Shown: positions 10,988-19,915, counted from the first letter of the stretch. The stretch is 64,000 nt of DNA from Planctomycetota bacterium (GCA_016712285.1 JADJRK010000001.1:4058761-4122760); one strand, 5' to 3'. Program-made: numbers and translations. Notes: generated by a model from the letters alone, not told the origin.

Positions 10988-12208
10988 CTACCGATTCAGG
11001 GTAAGGTCAACTGGTCGATCACCAAACGCCTCACTAATCTTTGCGCGGACGCTATTAAGCTCTGCCGCGTTTACATGAGACAAACCACTTACAAATACTT
11101 TAGTAACGACTTTTAGGTTCCCTATAATCAATAGTCCCTGAACCGTAGCTGCTGATGCCTCAAGCATTCTCAACGTTTCAAGTTTCGGTAACCGTGACGC
11201 AATCGCTATCAACGCGTCGTTCGCTAGCGACGGGCCGCTAACCTCAAGTCGCCGCAACCGTTGAAGCTTCTCCAAGCCCGCAAGTTTGCTTGTAGTAATC
11301 GCTGGGAGGCTTGTAAACACGATAGACTCGCAGGCCATCGACTTGCCCAGATCGTCGAAAAGCTCGCCAGTGAGATTGACGGAATTGTGCAGCTCCAAGT
11401 GTGTCAACGAAAGAGATTTTATCAACCGGCTCAGGGCGCTCTCGGTGACGCTACTGCCTAGAGTAAGAGCAAGAGACCTTAGCTTGCCACCTTCAAGATG
11501 GATAAGGTGAGCATCACCGATGCGCCCGCCTTTCAACGCGAGGGACACCAACTGTGGCGCACCAGCGAGCACCTCAATCTCCTCCTCATCTAACTGGAAT
11601 GATCCTCTAAGCTCAAGTTCCCTGAGACCTTGTTGCGGCAGCCATAAGTTAAATGAATCTGGCAATGTGATTACATCCGCTAACAGTAGTCGCTTCAAGT
11701 TGCGAAGCCCCTTAAGTCCGCAAAAGGCCTTGCGGTCGATGTCGGCGCAGTACCAGCACTCGAGGCGCTCCAGTTGCGAGAGGTCGGCAAACGCCTCCAG
11801 CCAACTCGAGTCAAAATTTGCTTGCGTCCGCACCTCGATTTCCACGGGTACCGAAGCACCACGCAAATTGCGAAGGTGCAAGGACGTGACTTGCCTCACT
11901 CGGTCTATGATCAGGCGCCTGAGTGACTTGAATCTGGTCAGATCCTCGGCCCAGGCTGCTGGTGCGTCCGGTACGCTGCAATCACATAGCCAGAGATCGG
12001 TAACACTGTCTCGGCTTGTGAGGTCGATAGCATTGAAGAGGACCGCCCATTCCACCGCATACAGCTTTACGCGCTTTCGGTTCATCAACTGAGTGGCGTC
12101 AGGCTTGTTCTGTACAACCGCCCAACTCTCTTCTGCTAACTCTTCTGCGTGCAGAAAGGGCATAGGAAGCAGTATCAGGAAAGCAACTATCAATAGCGGA
12201 GTGTTCAT
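10988..12208 (-). CDS. leucine-rich-repeat (RNI-like) protein with N-terminal signal/anchor
   Basis: MNTPLLIVAFLILLPMPFLHA hydrophobic N-terminus; repeated L..L.L.N LRR units; GC ~48% against ~65% background; reading frame stays open upstream into module copy 2 (GTG at 12484). Confidence 0.6.
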   Translation of the reverse strand: MNTPLLIVAFLILLPMPFLHAEELAEESWAVVQNKPDATQLMNRKRVKLYAVEWAVLFNAIDLTSRDSVTDLWLCDCSVPDAPAAWAEDLTRFKSLRRLIIDRVRQVTSLHLRNLRGASVPVEIEVRTQANFDSSWLEAFADLSQLERLECWYCADIDRKAFCGLKGLRNLKRLLLADVITLPDSFNLWLPQQGLRELELRGSFQLDEEEIEVLAGAPQLVSLALKGGRIGDAHLIHLEGGKLRSLALTLGSSVTESALSRLIKSLSLTHLELHNSVNLTGELFDDLGKSMACESIVFTSLPAITTSKLAGLEKLQRLRRLEVSGPSLANDALIAIASRLPKLETLRMLEASAATVQGLLIIGNLKVVTKVFVSGLSHVNAAELNSVRAKISEAFGDRPVDLTLNR

Positions 12209-12299
12209 AATACTATCCCCCTGACGGCGGAATATCTTCGTTCTCGGGGTCGGAAACGGGGTCAGGCTACTTGTAGATGCCTTTACTGTACGGCTTTCT

Positions 12300-12553
12300 G
12301 GGTTGCGCTTCGTTTCTCCTGCTGCATTGGCGAATGATAAAGGGGACAGGCACCTCCGCTGCGCTGCGGAGCCAGTCACCGCGCCCGCCTGGTCTTCGTG
12401 GCGGAAGCGGTGGATCGTGGTTACGCCGTTGGTTGCCAGCTCGTGCACCAGTGAACCCATGCCCTTGCCGTAGATGTACTGCACCGAGCCCGTCTCGGCG
12501 TCCTCATCATCATAACGGATTTCGCCGGCCTTGGCCTCGCCATTTCCGCCGCG
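12300..12553 (-). repeat. ~200-bp repeat family copy 2 (coding module, in-frame with LRR gene)
   Basis: Aligned by eye to copies 1 and 3; encodes GEIRYDDEDAETGSVQYIYGKGMGSLVHELATNGVTTIHRFRHEDQAG. Confidence 0.8.
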
Positions 12554-12558
12554 TCACG

Positions 12559-13191
12559 TTACGGAATGTCCACTTGCACTCTGCAGGTTACATCGAAGCG
12601 CACTTCACATCGTGCAACCAACTCCACTTGCGATACATCCGACGTCTGCCGATACAACTCAGCAGTGCTGGATAAGACATCGCCGTGAGCTAGGAGTGGA
12701 ATCGATAGCTGCGCCGGACTTTCCTGTTCGGGAATGCCATCGCGCCACGCCAGAAGCTCTCTCAGGTACGCAGCATCTACTTGCATGGTAGTTGTAGATA
12801 CCTGCCCGCTGTGGTAATGCACCCGCACAACTGCGGAGTACTTGTACTCCGAGTCCTGAAGATCGACATCCCCGACTGATGGGACAAGTAGCAGGTTCAA
12901 GTTTTTCACGGCGGGTCTGTTGTCGATGAAGTAGACCGGCAGCCAAACACTTTGTTGTGCAGACGCGTCTTGCCATTCAACGTCGAAATCAATGAGGAAC
13001 ATACTCAGCGGCTCGGAGGACTCGTACACTGGGCTCGTTCTACACGACTCATGGATGCGGCAGTATTTGGACAGTGGATGCAGCGCCACCCACATTAGCG
13101 CAAGCAGTAGTACCATGCCTACAAAGATTAGGGCATGTTGCCGACTCAGTCGGCGACGACGTTGCTCGCACCCCTCCTTTCGTGTATTCAT
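12559..13191 (-). CDS. signal-anchored hypothetical protein (low-GC cargo gene)
   Basis: MNTRKEG..RRRR then TM ALIFVGMVLLLALMWVALHP; start ATG shares ATGA with the stop of the upstream small ORF; GC ~50%. Confidence 0.5.
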   Translation of the reverse strand: MNTRKEGCEQRRRRLSRQHALIFVGMVLLLALMWVALHPLSKYCRIHESCRTSPVYESSEPLSMFLIDFDVEWQDASAQQSVWLPVYFIDNRPAVKNLNLLLVPSVGDVDLQDSEYKYSAVVRVHYHSGQVSTTTMQVDAAYLRELLAWRDGIPEQESPAQLSIPLLAHGDVLSSTAELYRQTSDVSQVELVARCEVRFDVTCRVQVDIP

Positions 13192-13349
13192 TCGCAGTCC
13201 ACGCCTTGGTTGGGCGGCCAGTACTTGACGTACTCTTCCCAACCCAGTTTTTCAAAAGGAACGACATCTTCGAGTGTGTGTCCCGCCACGCCTTTCCCGT
13301 AGCGAACAACACTTCCGTCACTTGGCTTCTCCCCTCTCGCGGTGTTCAC
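13188..13349 (-). CDS. degenerate module copy 4 small ORF (VNTARGEKPSDGSVVRYGKGVAGHTLEDV...DCE)
   Basis: GSVVRYGKGVAGHTLEDV aligns to GSVQYIYGKGMGSLVHEL; GTG start overlaps the stop of the copy 3 ORF (GTGA); own stop overlaps the ATG of the next gene (ATGA). Confidence 0.35.
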   Translation of the reverse strand: MNTARGEKPSDGSVVRYGKGVAGHTLEDVVPFEKLGWEEYVKYWPPNQGVDCE

Positions 13350-13558
13350 CCTATCAGGTGTTCCAGCTCCTGCACCACTCTCTCTTGATGGAACGAAAAC
13401 GGGGTCAATGATGAGGGGGGCAGGCACCTCCGCTGCGCTGTGGAGCCAGTCCCCGCGCCCGCCTGGTTCTCATGGCGGAATCGGTGGACCGTGGTTACGC
13501 CGTTGGTTGCAAGCTCGTGCACCAGTGAACCCATGCCCTTGCCGTGGATGTACTGCAC
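13346..13558 (-). CDS. paralogous module ORF copy 3 (start uncertain)
   Basis: Encodes NIRYHVKGTETGSVQYIHGKGMGSLVHELATNGVTTVHRFRHENQAG; stop at 13346; open frame upstream of 13558 overlaps the hydrolase gene and is rejected. Confidence 0.4.
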   Translation of the reverse strand: MQYIHGKGMGSLVHELATNGVTTVHRFRHENQAGAGTGSTAQRRCLPPSSLTPFSFHQERVVQELEHLIG

Positions 13559-13628
13559 CGAGCCCGTCTCGGTGCCTTTGACATGATAACGGATGTTGCC
13601 GACCTTGGGCCTGCCATTTCTGATGCTC
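13390..13628 (-). repeat. ~200-bp repeat family copy 3
   Basis: Alignment to copies 1 and 2 with a ~70-nt deletion in the linker region. Confidence 0.8.
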
Positions 13629-13762
13629 CTGTCCCGGTTCTGGTGGACCTGCATGGTGCTGGGTGCCTGGGCCGTGCAATCGTCCTCGTGCATGCCCGTT
13701 CGGGGGCGGGTTGCGGTGCCTCGTCTGTGCGCTATCTTGGCGGCTTGGGGCCTGGAGATGCG

Positions 13763-16273
13763 ATGCGCGCTTTCTTGTCTGTTGCGGCCTTGGCCGTCCT
13801 GCTTTGCCTGAACCATTCCTCATCTTCTGTCGCGCAGGAAGCCGCCGAGGCGCCGGTGTTGATCCGGCTTGCCGATTGCCTGGTGTTGCCCGCAGTCGGT
13901 GCTGGGGGCCGCAGCCCCGTGCGCGTGGATGCGCTGGAGGCCTCGCTGCTGCGCGACGGGTTCAAGCCGCCCAGCGCGGGCGACAAGCTGAAGCGGCACG
14001 ACGGCACCGAAGTTGCCTGGCGCGCCGCCAAAGCCGACGACGACGGCTGGCTTGCCGGTGACGACCTCGCCGGCGGGTACGCCTGGTGGACGGTGCCGGC
14101 CAAGGCAAGCGGGATCTGGCTGTTGAAAGCGCGCGGCCACTCCGGCGTGTACGTCAACGGCGAGTTGCGCGGCGGCGACCCATACGGCACGGGCAACCTC
14201 ACGTTGCCGGTGGCGCTGGCTTCCGGCGACAACCAGCTGCTGTTCCTGATGGGCCGGGGGCGCATCCAGGCAAGCCTGGAACGTGTGCCGGCGGGCCATT
14301 CGGGCTTGTTTGTCGGCTCGGACTGGACGCTGCCTGACCTTGTCGAGGGTGACGCGTTCTCGCCCCCGCGCTTCGCGGCTTCCGTAGACATCATCAACGC
14401 GACAAGCCAGTCGCAGAGTGTGCGGCTGCTGGTCAAGGGGCTGGGCAACTCGTGGCTGAACGATCAGGGCAGCACGATTCAGCCGCTTTCAGTGCAACGG
14501 ATCGGTTTTCCCATACCCGGCCCCGGTGAGCTGACGGGTGACCAATCTTTGAGGATTGCGGTGTGCAAGGGCGACCCGCTGGAAGAGTGCGCGGCGGGCG
14601 AGTGCACAGTCCGGGTCAAGCATCGCGGGGCGCCGCGGAAGGTCACGTTCACGAGCGGGATTGACGGCAGCGTGCAGTACTACGGCTTGCTGGCTGCCAA
14701 GCCGCTTGCGGGGCAGACTGAGAAACCGGGGATTGCATTGTCCTTGCATGGCGCGTCGGTTGAAGCGATCGGGCAGGCGGCTGCGTACAGCCCCAAGAGC
14801 TGGTGCCACATCGTGTGCCCGACGAACCGGCGGCCGTTTGGTTTTGACTGGGAAGACTGGGGACGGCTTGACGCGCTGGAAGTGCTGGCGCACGCGCAGG
14901 CCACGCTTGACCACGACCCGCGCCGCATATGGCTCACGGGGCATTCGATGGGCGGCCACGGCACGTGGACGGTGGGGGCGCACTTCCCGGACAAGTTTGC
15001 GGCGATCGGGCCGAGCGCCGGCTGGCAGAGCTTCTGGACGTACGCCGGCGGGGGCGGCCACCCGGAACAGTTCAAGCTGTCGCCGATTCTTACTCGCGGC
15101 GCAAACCCAAGCCGAACGCTGTTGATGCAGCACAATTACAAGTCGCAGGGTGTATACATTCTTCATGGCGACGCCGACGACAACGTGCCGGTGAGCGAAG
15201 CACGCGGCATGCGCGACGCGTTGAAAGAGTTTCACAACGACCTGCATTACCACGAAGAGCCCGGCGTCGGCCACTGGTGGGACCGCGGCCACGACGCGGG
15301 CGCGGATTGCCTCGACTGGGCGCCGATGTGGGACCTGTTTGCGAAGCGCCGGCTGGCGGTGCCGGGCGAAGTCATGAATATCGACTTCACGACCGTTTGC
15401 CCTGAGAATTCTGATTCGTGCTTCTGGGCCAGCATCCACATGCAGCAAGTGCAGCTTGAGCCAAGCCGCATTCAACTATCCGCAGAACCCAACCGCGGGC
15501 GCATTTCCGGCACCACGCAAAACGTATCGCGACTGCGCCTTGACGTGGCGAAGATCTTGCAGGCCCGGGACGAAGTCATACTGACGCTGGACGGTGACGA
15601 GGAGTTAGCGGCGCCGTGGCCGAAAGATGGCGTGATGTGGCTGCAACGCGGGGGTCAAAAGTGGCAGGTAACAGAGAAGCCGTCGCCGAAGCTGAAGGGG
15701 CCGCATCGCTACGGCCTGCTGAAGAACGCCATGGCGCGCAACGTGGTGCTGGTGTACGGCACGGGCGGCAACGCCGAAGAGAATGCCTGGATGTTCAACA
15801 AGGCACGATTTGATTCCGAGCAGTGGCTGGTGCGTGCCAACGGCGGGTTCACGGTGCTTGCAGATACAGAATTCAAAGCCGAGAAATACCGAGATTGCGA
15901 CGTGATTCTGTATGGAAACGCCGCCGTCAACTCAGGGTTCTCGCTGCTGGCGCATTCGCCTGTGAAACTTTGGCAAGGCAAGGCGGTGATCGGCGAGCGC
16001 GAGGTGACGGAGCCTGAATTAGCATTGTTGTTTTGCTACCCGCGCTCAGACAGCGACACGGCAAGCGTCTGCGTGATCGGCGGTACGGGCCTTGCGGGCA
16101 TGCGGCTGACCGAGCGGCTGGCGTACTTTGTGTCGGGCGCAGCATTTCCGGACGTGATCATGTATGGGCCGGAGCTGCTTGAACTGGGCACGGGGGGTGT
16201 GCGCGCGGCGGGCTTTCTGGGCGAGGACTGGCAGGTCGCGAGCGGAGAAATTGTCTGGCGCGACGACAAATAG
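13763..16273 (+). CDS. secreted alpha/beta-hydrolase (prolyl oligopeptidase S9-like / esterase) with large N-terminal domain
   Basis: Signal peptide MRAFLSVAALAVLLCLN; nucleophile elbow GHSMGG; ILHGDADDNVP and HWW motifs; start moved from 13544 to the signal-peptide Met. Confidence 0.7.
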   Translation: MRAFLSVAALAVLLCLNHSSSSVAQEAAEAPVLIRLADCLVLPAVGAGGRSPVRVDALEASLLRDGFKPPSAGDKLKRHDGTEVAWRAAKADDDGWLAGDDLAGGYAWWTVPAKASGIWLLKARGHSGVYVNGELRGGDPYGTGNLTLPVALASGDNQLLFLMGRGRIQASLERVPAGHSGLFVGSDWTLPDLVEGDAFSPPRFAASVDIINATSQSQSVRLLVKGLGNSWLNDQGSTIQPLSVQRIGFPIPGPGELTGDQSLRIAVCKGDPLEECAAGECTVRVKHRGAPRKVTFTSGIDGSVQYYGLLAAKPLAGQTEKPGIALSLHGASVEAIGQAAAYSPKSWCHIVCPTNRRPFGFDWEDWGRLDALEVLAHAQATLDHDPRRIWLTGHSMGGHGTWTVGAHFPDKFAAIGPSAGWQSFWTYAGGGGHPEQFKLSPILTRGANPSRTLLMQHNYKSQGVYILHGDADDNVPVSEARGMRDALKEFHNDLHYHEEPGVGHWWDRGHDAGADCLDWAPMWDLFAKRRLAVPGEVMNIDFTTVCPENSDSCFWASIHMQQVQLEPSRIQLSAEPNRGRISGTTQNVSRLRLDVAKILQARDEVILTLDGDEELAAPWPKDGVMWLQRGGQKWQVTEKPSPKLKGPHRYGLLKNAMARNVVLVYGTGGNAEENAWMFNKARFDSEQWLVRANGGFTVLADTEFKAEKYRDCDVILYGNAAVNSGFSLLAHSPVKLWQGKAVIGEREVTEPELALLFCYPRSDSDTASVCVIGGTGLAGMRLTERLAYFVSGAAFPDVIMYGPELLELGTGGVRAAGFLGEDWQVASGEIVWRDDK

Positions 16274-16350
16274 TTCCAGATTTGAACTTGGAATTGTGTG
16301 CATGAATGCTACATCTTCTCCCCACGCACAACTAACACTGAGGAGAAACT

Positions 16351-17067
16351 GTGGCTGGAAAACGTTCACCCGAGAATACCCTGAAGAAGCAGGCATTCAT
16401 TGCCAAGCTCTTGAAAGACAAACCCGGCACAACGCTGAATGAAGCCGGCAAGCTCGTGAAGAAAGAATTCGGCACGCAGCTCGCGTACGACAAGCAGCGC
16501 GAAGCCTATGTCGCCGCGGGCGGCAAGATTGACACCCGTCGCGGGCCCGGCAAGGGCAGCAAGCGCGGCCCCGGTCGCCCCAAGGGCAGCAAGGGCAAGC
16601 CCGGCCCGCGCAAGTATGGAAAGCGCAGCCCCGAGGCAACGCGCGCCAAGCAAGACTTCGTGGCGGAGCTGCTGCGCAGCAACCCCGACATGAGCATGAA
16701 CGAGTGCGGCAAGCGCGTGCGCACAAGGTTCGGCAGCCAGCTTGCATTTGACCGCTTGAAGCAGGCTTTCCAGGCCGCCGGCGGGAAAGTCGGCAAGCCG
16801 GGCCGCCGCGCCAAGCCGCGCCCGAAGGTGGACCGTCGCATCGGCCGCCGCGCCGCGGACCAGGCCGCTGCCAAGATCCAGCATGTGCTGGGTGGCATGC
16901 CCAAGCACGTGGTGGTGATGCATCTCAGCAGCAGTGTTGACACGAATGAATTCTCCACGCGCGAACAGGCTGTGACCTTTGCCCGCAGCCAGGTGCTGTC
17001 GGGTGTGCCGGTGTCGCATATCGCTTACTATCTGCGCCAGCCGCTGGAGATTTCGGTCGGCATCTAG
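16351..17067 (+). CDS. lysine-rich basic protein with internal tandem duplication, possible nucleoid-associated or DNA-binding protein
   Basis: Two ~55-aa repeats (RSPENTLKKQAFIAKLL...AAGGKI and RSPEATRAKQDFVAELL...AAGGKV); GTG start with GAGGAG RBS. Confidence 0.6.
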   Translation: MAGKRSPENTLKKQAFIAKLLKDKPGTTLNEAGKLVKKEFGTQLAYDKQREAYVAAGGKIDTRRGPGKGSKRGPGRPKGSKGKPGPRKYGKRSPEATRAKQDFVAELLRSNPDMSMNECGKRVRTRFGSQLAFDRLKQAFQAAGGKVGKPGRRAKPRPKVDRRIGRRAADQAAAKIQHVLGGMPKHVVVMHLSSSVDTNEFSTREQAVTFARSQVLSGVPVSHIAYYLRQPLEISVGI

Positions 17068-17160
17068 TTCAACCGATTCAGGCAATGCGCGGGGTCCCGG
17101 TAGAACGGGGCCCCGCTGTTCTTATACTCCGCCGTTCGGCACCCTACGGGCGAGGCGGCA

Positions 17161-17706
17161 TTGGGATTCTCGATTGAGCTGTTGTTCAACCCCACGCTGG
17201 AATCCCGCGTCCGCAAGATTGCCTCGGGCCTGCGCGAAGGAGACCGCAGCGGCATGATCGTCACCGACGACGTGAAAGCACGCCCGCACATCACCCTGTG
17301 CATCTGCGAACAAGCCGACGAAGGCGAACTGGAAGCCTGCGTGCGCCGCATCGCTGAAGAGACGCCCACGATCCCGATAGGGCTGGCCTCGGTGGGGGTG
17401 TTTCCCGGCGACCAGAACGTGGTGTTTCTCGCGCCCGTCGTGAACGAAGAATTGCTTGAGATGCACCGGCGGCTTCACGCGCAGGTGCACAAGTTTTCGA
17501 CCACTCCATGGGTGCTGTACACGCCGGCTCGCTGGGTGCCGCACTGTACGCTGGTGACGCGCCTGCCCAAGTCTGCGTTGCCGCGCGTGGTGGATTCGAT
17601 TCTGGAGCTGACGTTTCCGATCAGCGGCGAGATCGTTGAGGTGGGCGTGATGGAGTTTACCGAAGGCCGCGTGCAGCGCGTGCTGTTCACGGCCATGCTG
17701 GGTTAG
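17161..17706 (+). CDS. 2H phosphoesterase superfamily protein (LigT/2'-5' RNA ligase-like)
   Basis: Two H-x-T-x motifs (HITLCI, HCTLVT). Confidence 0.7.
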   Translation: MGFSIELLFNPTLESRVRKIASGLREGDRSGMIVTDDVKARPHITLCICEQADEGELEACVRRIAEETPTIPIGLASVGVFPGDQNVVFLAPVVNEELLEMHRRLHAQVHKFSTTPWVLYTPARWVPHCTLVTRLPKSALPRVVDSILELTFPISGEIVEVGVMEFTEGRVQRVLFTAMLG

Positions 17707-17709
17707 CGC

Positions 17710-18147
17710 TTACGGTTTGGGTGTGCGCACAAAGTGGGCCCAGAACTGCCCCAGCGCGCTGAACAGCGCGACAAACTTTTCATACTCGGCGGGCTTGGTG
17801 ATGAAGGCGTTGGCGCCGCGCGCGTAGCTGGCGGATACGTCAGAGTCGGCGGTACTGGTCGTCAGCACGGTCACCGGAATGGCTGCCAGCTTCGGTTCTG
17901 CGCGCAAAGCCTCAAGCACGCTGTGCCCGTCCATTCTCGGCATGTTCAGGTCAAGCAGAATGATGTCGGGCCGCGGCGAGCCCGCGTACTCGCCGTCGCC
18001 GCGCAGGTATTGCATTGCGGCTTCGCCGTCATCGACGACGTGCAGGTGGGCATCAAGTGTCGAGTCTTCAATGGCACGCCGCGTCAGCGCCTGCTGCACA
18101 GGGCTGTCCTCCACCAGCAAAATGGTGAACGGTCTGGTTTCAGGCAT
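17710..18147 (-). CDS. single-domain response regulator (CheY-like receiver)
   Basis: LLVEDSP...DIILLDLNMPRMDG...VTVLTTS...KP receiver motifs; 8-nt overlap with the kinase gene. Confidence 0.8.
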   Translation of the reverse strand: MPETRPFTILLVEDSPVQQALTRRAIEDSTLDAHLHVVDDGEAAMQYLRGDGEYAGSPRPDIILLDLNMPRMDGHSVLEALRAEPKLAAIPVTVLTTSTADSDVSASYARGANAFITKPAEYEKFVALFSALGQFWAHFVRTPKP

Positions 18148-19915
18148 GCTCGTTGCGCCCATCCGGGTTTCCTTGTGCTGCTTCGTCTGCCGGCAGCGTC
18201 ACAGTGAAACGGCTGCCGCTGCCTTTGGTTGACTGCACGTCAATGCTGCCGCCATGCCTTTCCACAATCTTACGGCAAACCGACAGCCCGATGCCAGAGC
18301 CTTCGTACCTGCCAACGCCATGCAGGCGCTTAAAGGGCTTGAAGATCTGGCCAAAGTACTGCTCCTCAATGCCGATCCCGTTGTCCTGCACTGTGATACG
18401 CACAATCCCATCAACTTGTTCCGACGTGACATGAACCTCAGGCACCACCCCGGGCCGGCTGAATTTCAGGCCGTTCGCCACCAGGTTCTGCATCACCCGG
18501 CTGATCTGCATGGCGTCACCCCGGACCTTGGGCAGGCCGTTCCACACGATCTGGCCCCCTGTTTCGTCAAGCCGCGCCTTGAGGTCTCCCTTCACCTGCT
18601 CCATCACTGCGGCCAGATCTACCGGTTGCTGTTTCAAGTCTCGGTGGCCTGAGCGCGAGTACTCCAGAAGGTCGGTGATCAGGCGCTGCATGCGCAGGCT
18701 GGCATCGAGAATCGCCTGCATGTCTTCCAGCGCGCGCTTGGGCGGGTTCTCCCCCAGGTCGCGCTGCAGCAGGCCGCAGTAGGTGCTCATGGTGCGCAGC
18801 GGCTCCTGCAGGTCGTGGCTGGCGACGTAGTTGAACTCATCCAGCTCAGTCACCAGCTGCTTCAGTTGAAGGTACTGCTCGCGCAGCTTCTCGGCTTGGG
18901 CGTTCTGCATTTCGTCTGCAGCGACGCGCTCGGACATGTCGCGCACAATGCAACTGCACCGGATGCTGCCTTCAATCTGGTAGGCGCTGACGGTCACCGA
19001 CACCGGAAAGGATTCGCCGTTGCGCTTGCGTGCGCGGTAGACCCGCTCGACCGGCCCGGTGCGGCGCTTGCGCGAGAAATCTACCAGGATATCCAAGTGG
19101 TCGCCGCGTTGCCCTTCAAACAACTCGGGCAACAGCAGGTCAAAATTGCGGCCGACGATCTCGTCGCTTTCCCAACCGAACAGCCGCTGCGTTGCCGGGT
19201 TCGCGGCCTGGATGATACCGCCGACCACCACGATGATGATGGCGTCGACCGCGCCGTCCAGGATCGCCCTTGCCCGCAACTCGGCGGCGTGAACTTCGTC
19301 GGCAGCTTCCATCATTGGCGTGACGTCGGTGGCGTACAACATGCCTACCTCAAGGTCCGGCACGCCCCGGAAGTGGCACAGGTACCAGCGGTCGCCCCAC
19401 TGCACTTCGCGTGACTCGGCGACTCCGCGGTCGATGCACTGGTCGATGTCGGCTTGCGTCAGGCCCGGCACGAGGTCAAGGATGGTCGCGACGACCAGCC
19501 GCTCACGCCCAATCAGTTCGCTGGCGGCGGGGTTGTGCTTTTCAATACTTCCCTGACGGTTAAAGCGCAGCGTGGGGCCGGGGTTGAAGAACGGAAAGAG
19601 CTCTTCAGCCAGCAGCGCCGCCTCAGCCTTTTCGCGGCGGGCGATTTCGCCGCGCAGCATCGCGCCGGTGTTTCCCGCGCGCTTGACCTCTTTCTCTACA
19701 CGGGTGAGCCGCGCTGAGATCAGCCACGTCAGCCCGACAACCAGCAGCACAAAGCCCAGCACCGTAAGCCATACGCCGTAGCCGACGCCCTCCGGCGATG
19801 CCACCGACACGCCGACGATCGCCGCAAACGCCAGCGCCCCGCCGATCGCGACGTCGAACAGGCGGCGCAGGCGTTGCTTCAAAGGGTCAATGTTCTTGTC
19901 GGTCATTCGGGCCAA
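18140..19915 (-). CDS. PAS-domain sensor histidine kinase
   Basis: Two N-terminal TM helices, PAS repeats, H-box ASHDLQEPLR, HATPase_c G-boxes (DNGIGI, GSGIGL). Confidence 0.85.
   Translation of the reverse strand: MARMTDKNIDPLKQRLRRLFDVAIGGALAFAAIVGVSVASPEGVGYGVWLTVLGFVLLVVGLTWLISARLTRVEKEVKRAGNTGAMLRGEIARREKAEAALLAEELFPFFNPGPTLRFNRQGSIEKHNPAASELIGRERLVVATILDLVPGLTQADIDQCIDRGVAESREVQWGDRWYLCHFRGVPDLEVGMLYATDVTPMMEAADEVHAAELRARAILDGAVDAIIIVVVGGIIQAANPATQRLFGWESDEIVGRNFDLLLPELFEGQRGDHLDILVDFSRKRRTGPVERVYRARKRNGESFPVSVTVSAYQIEGSIRCSCIVRDMSERVAADEMQNAQAEKLREQYLQLKQLVTELDEFNYVASHDLQEPLRTMSTYCGLLQRDLGENPPKRALEDMQAILDASLRMQRLITDLLEYSRSGHRDLKQQPVDLAAVMEQVKGDLKARLDETGGQIVWNGLPKVRGDAMQISRVMQNLVANGLKFSRPGVVPEVHVTSEQVDGIVRITVQDNGIGIEEQYFGQIFKPFKRLHGVGRYEGSGIGLSVCRKIVERHGGSIDVQSTKGSGSRFTVTLPADEAAQGNPDGRNEHA

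Noticed and set aside
10690-13628. Diversity-generating retroelement (TR/VR) explanation for the ~200-bp repeats
   Set aside because: Differences between copies are not confined to adenine positions of one copy. They include T/A, C/T and G/C changes in both directions, and no reverse transcriptase is nearby.
10690-13628. Integron attC / cassette-array explanation
   Set aside because: No integrase or attI is present, and the repeats show frame-specific synonymous conservation, so they behave as coding sequence rather than as structured recombination sites.
13544-13762. Upstream extension of the hydrolase ORF and the minus-strand ORF 13346-13816
   Set aside because: The hydrolase has a clean signal peptide starting at 13763. 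The long minus-frame N-terminus overlaps it and is Arg/Gln-rich, which is typical of a high-GC shadow frame. Only the module part is kept.
14489-15475. 328-aa minus ORF, and similar long antisense ORFs inside the hydrolase, gdhA (36065-37234), SPFH (34342-35328), lipoprotein (44079-45206), the two-component (18815-19414) and phosphoesterase genes
   Set aside because: These are high-GC shadow ORFs opposite motif-supported genes.
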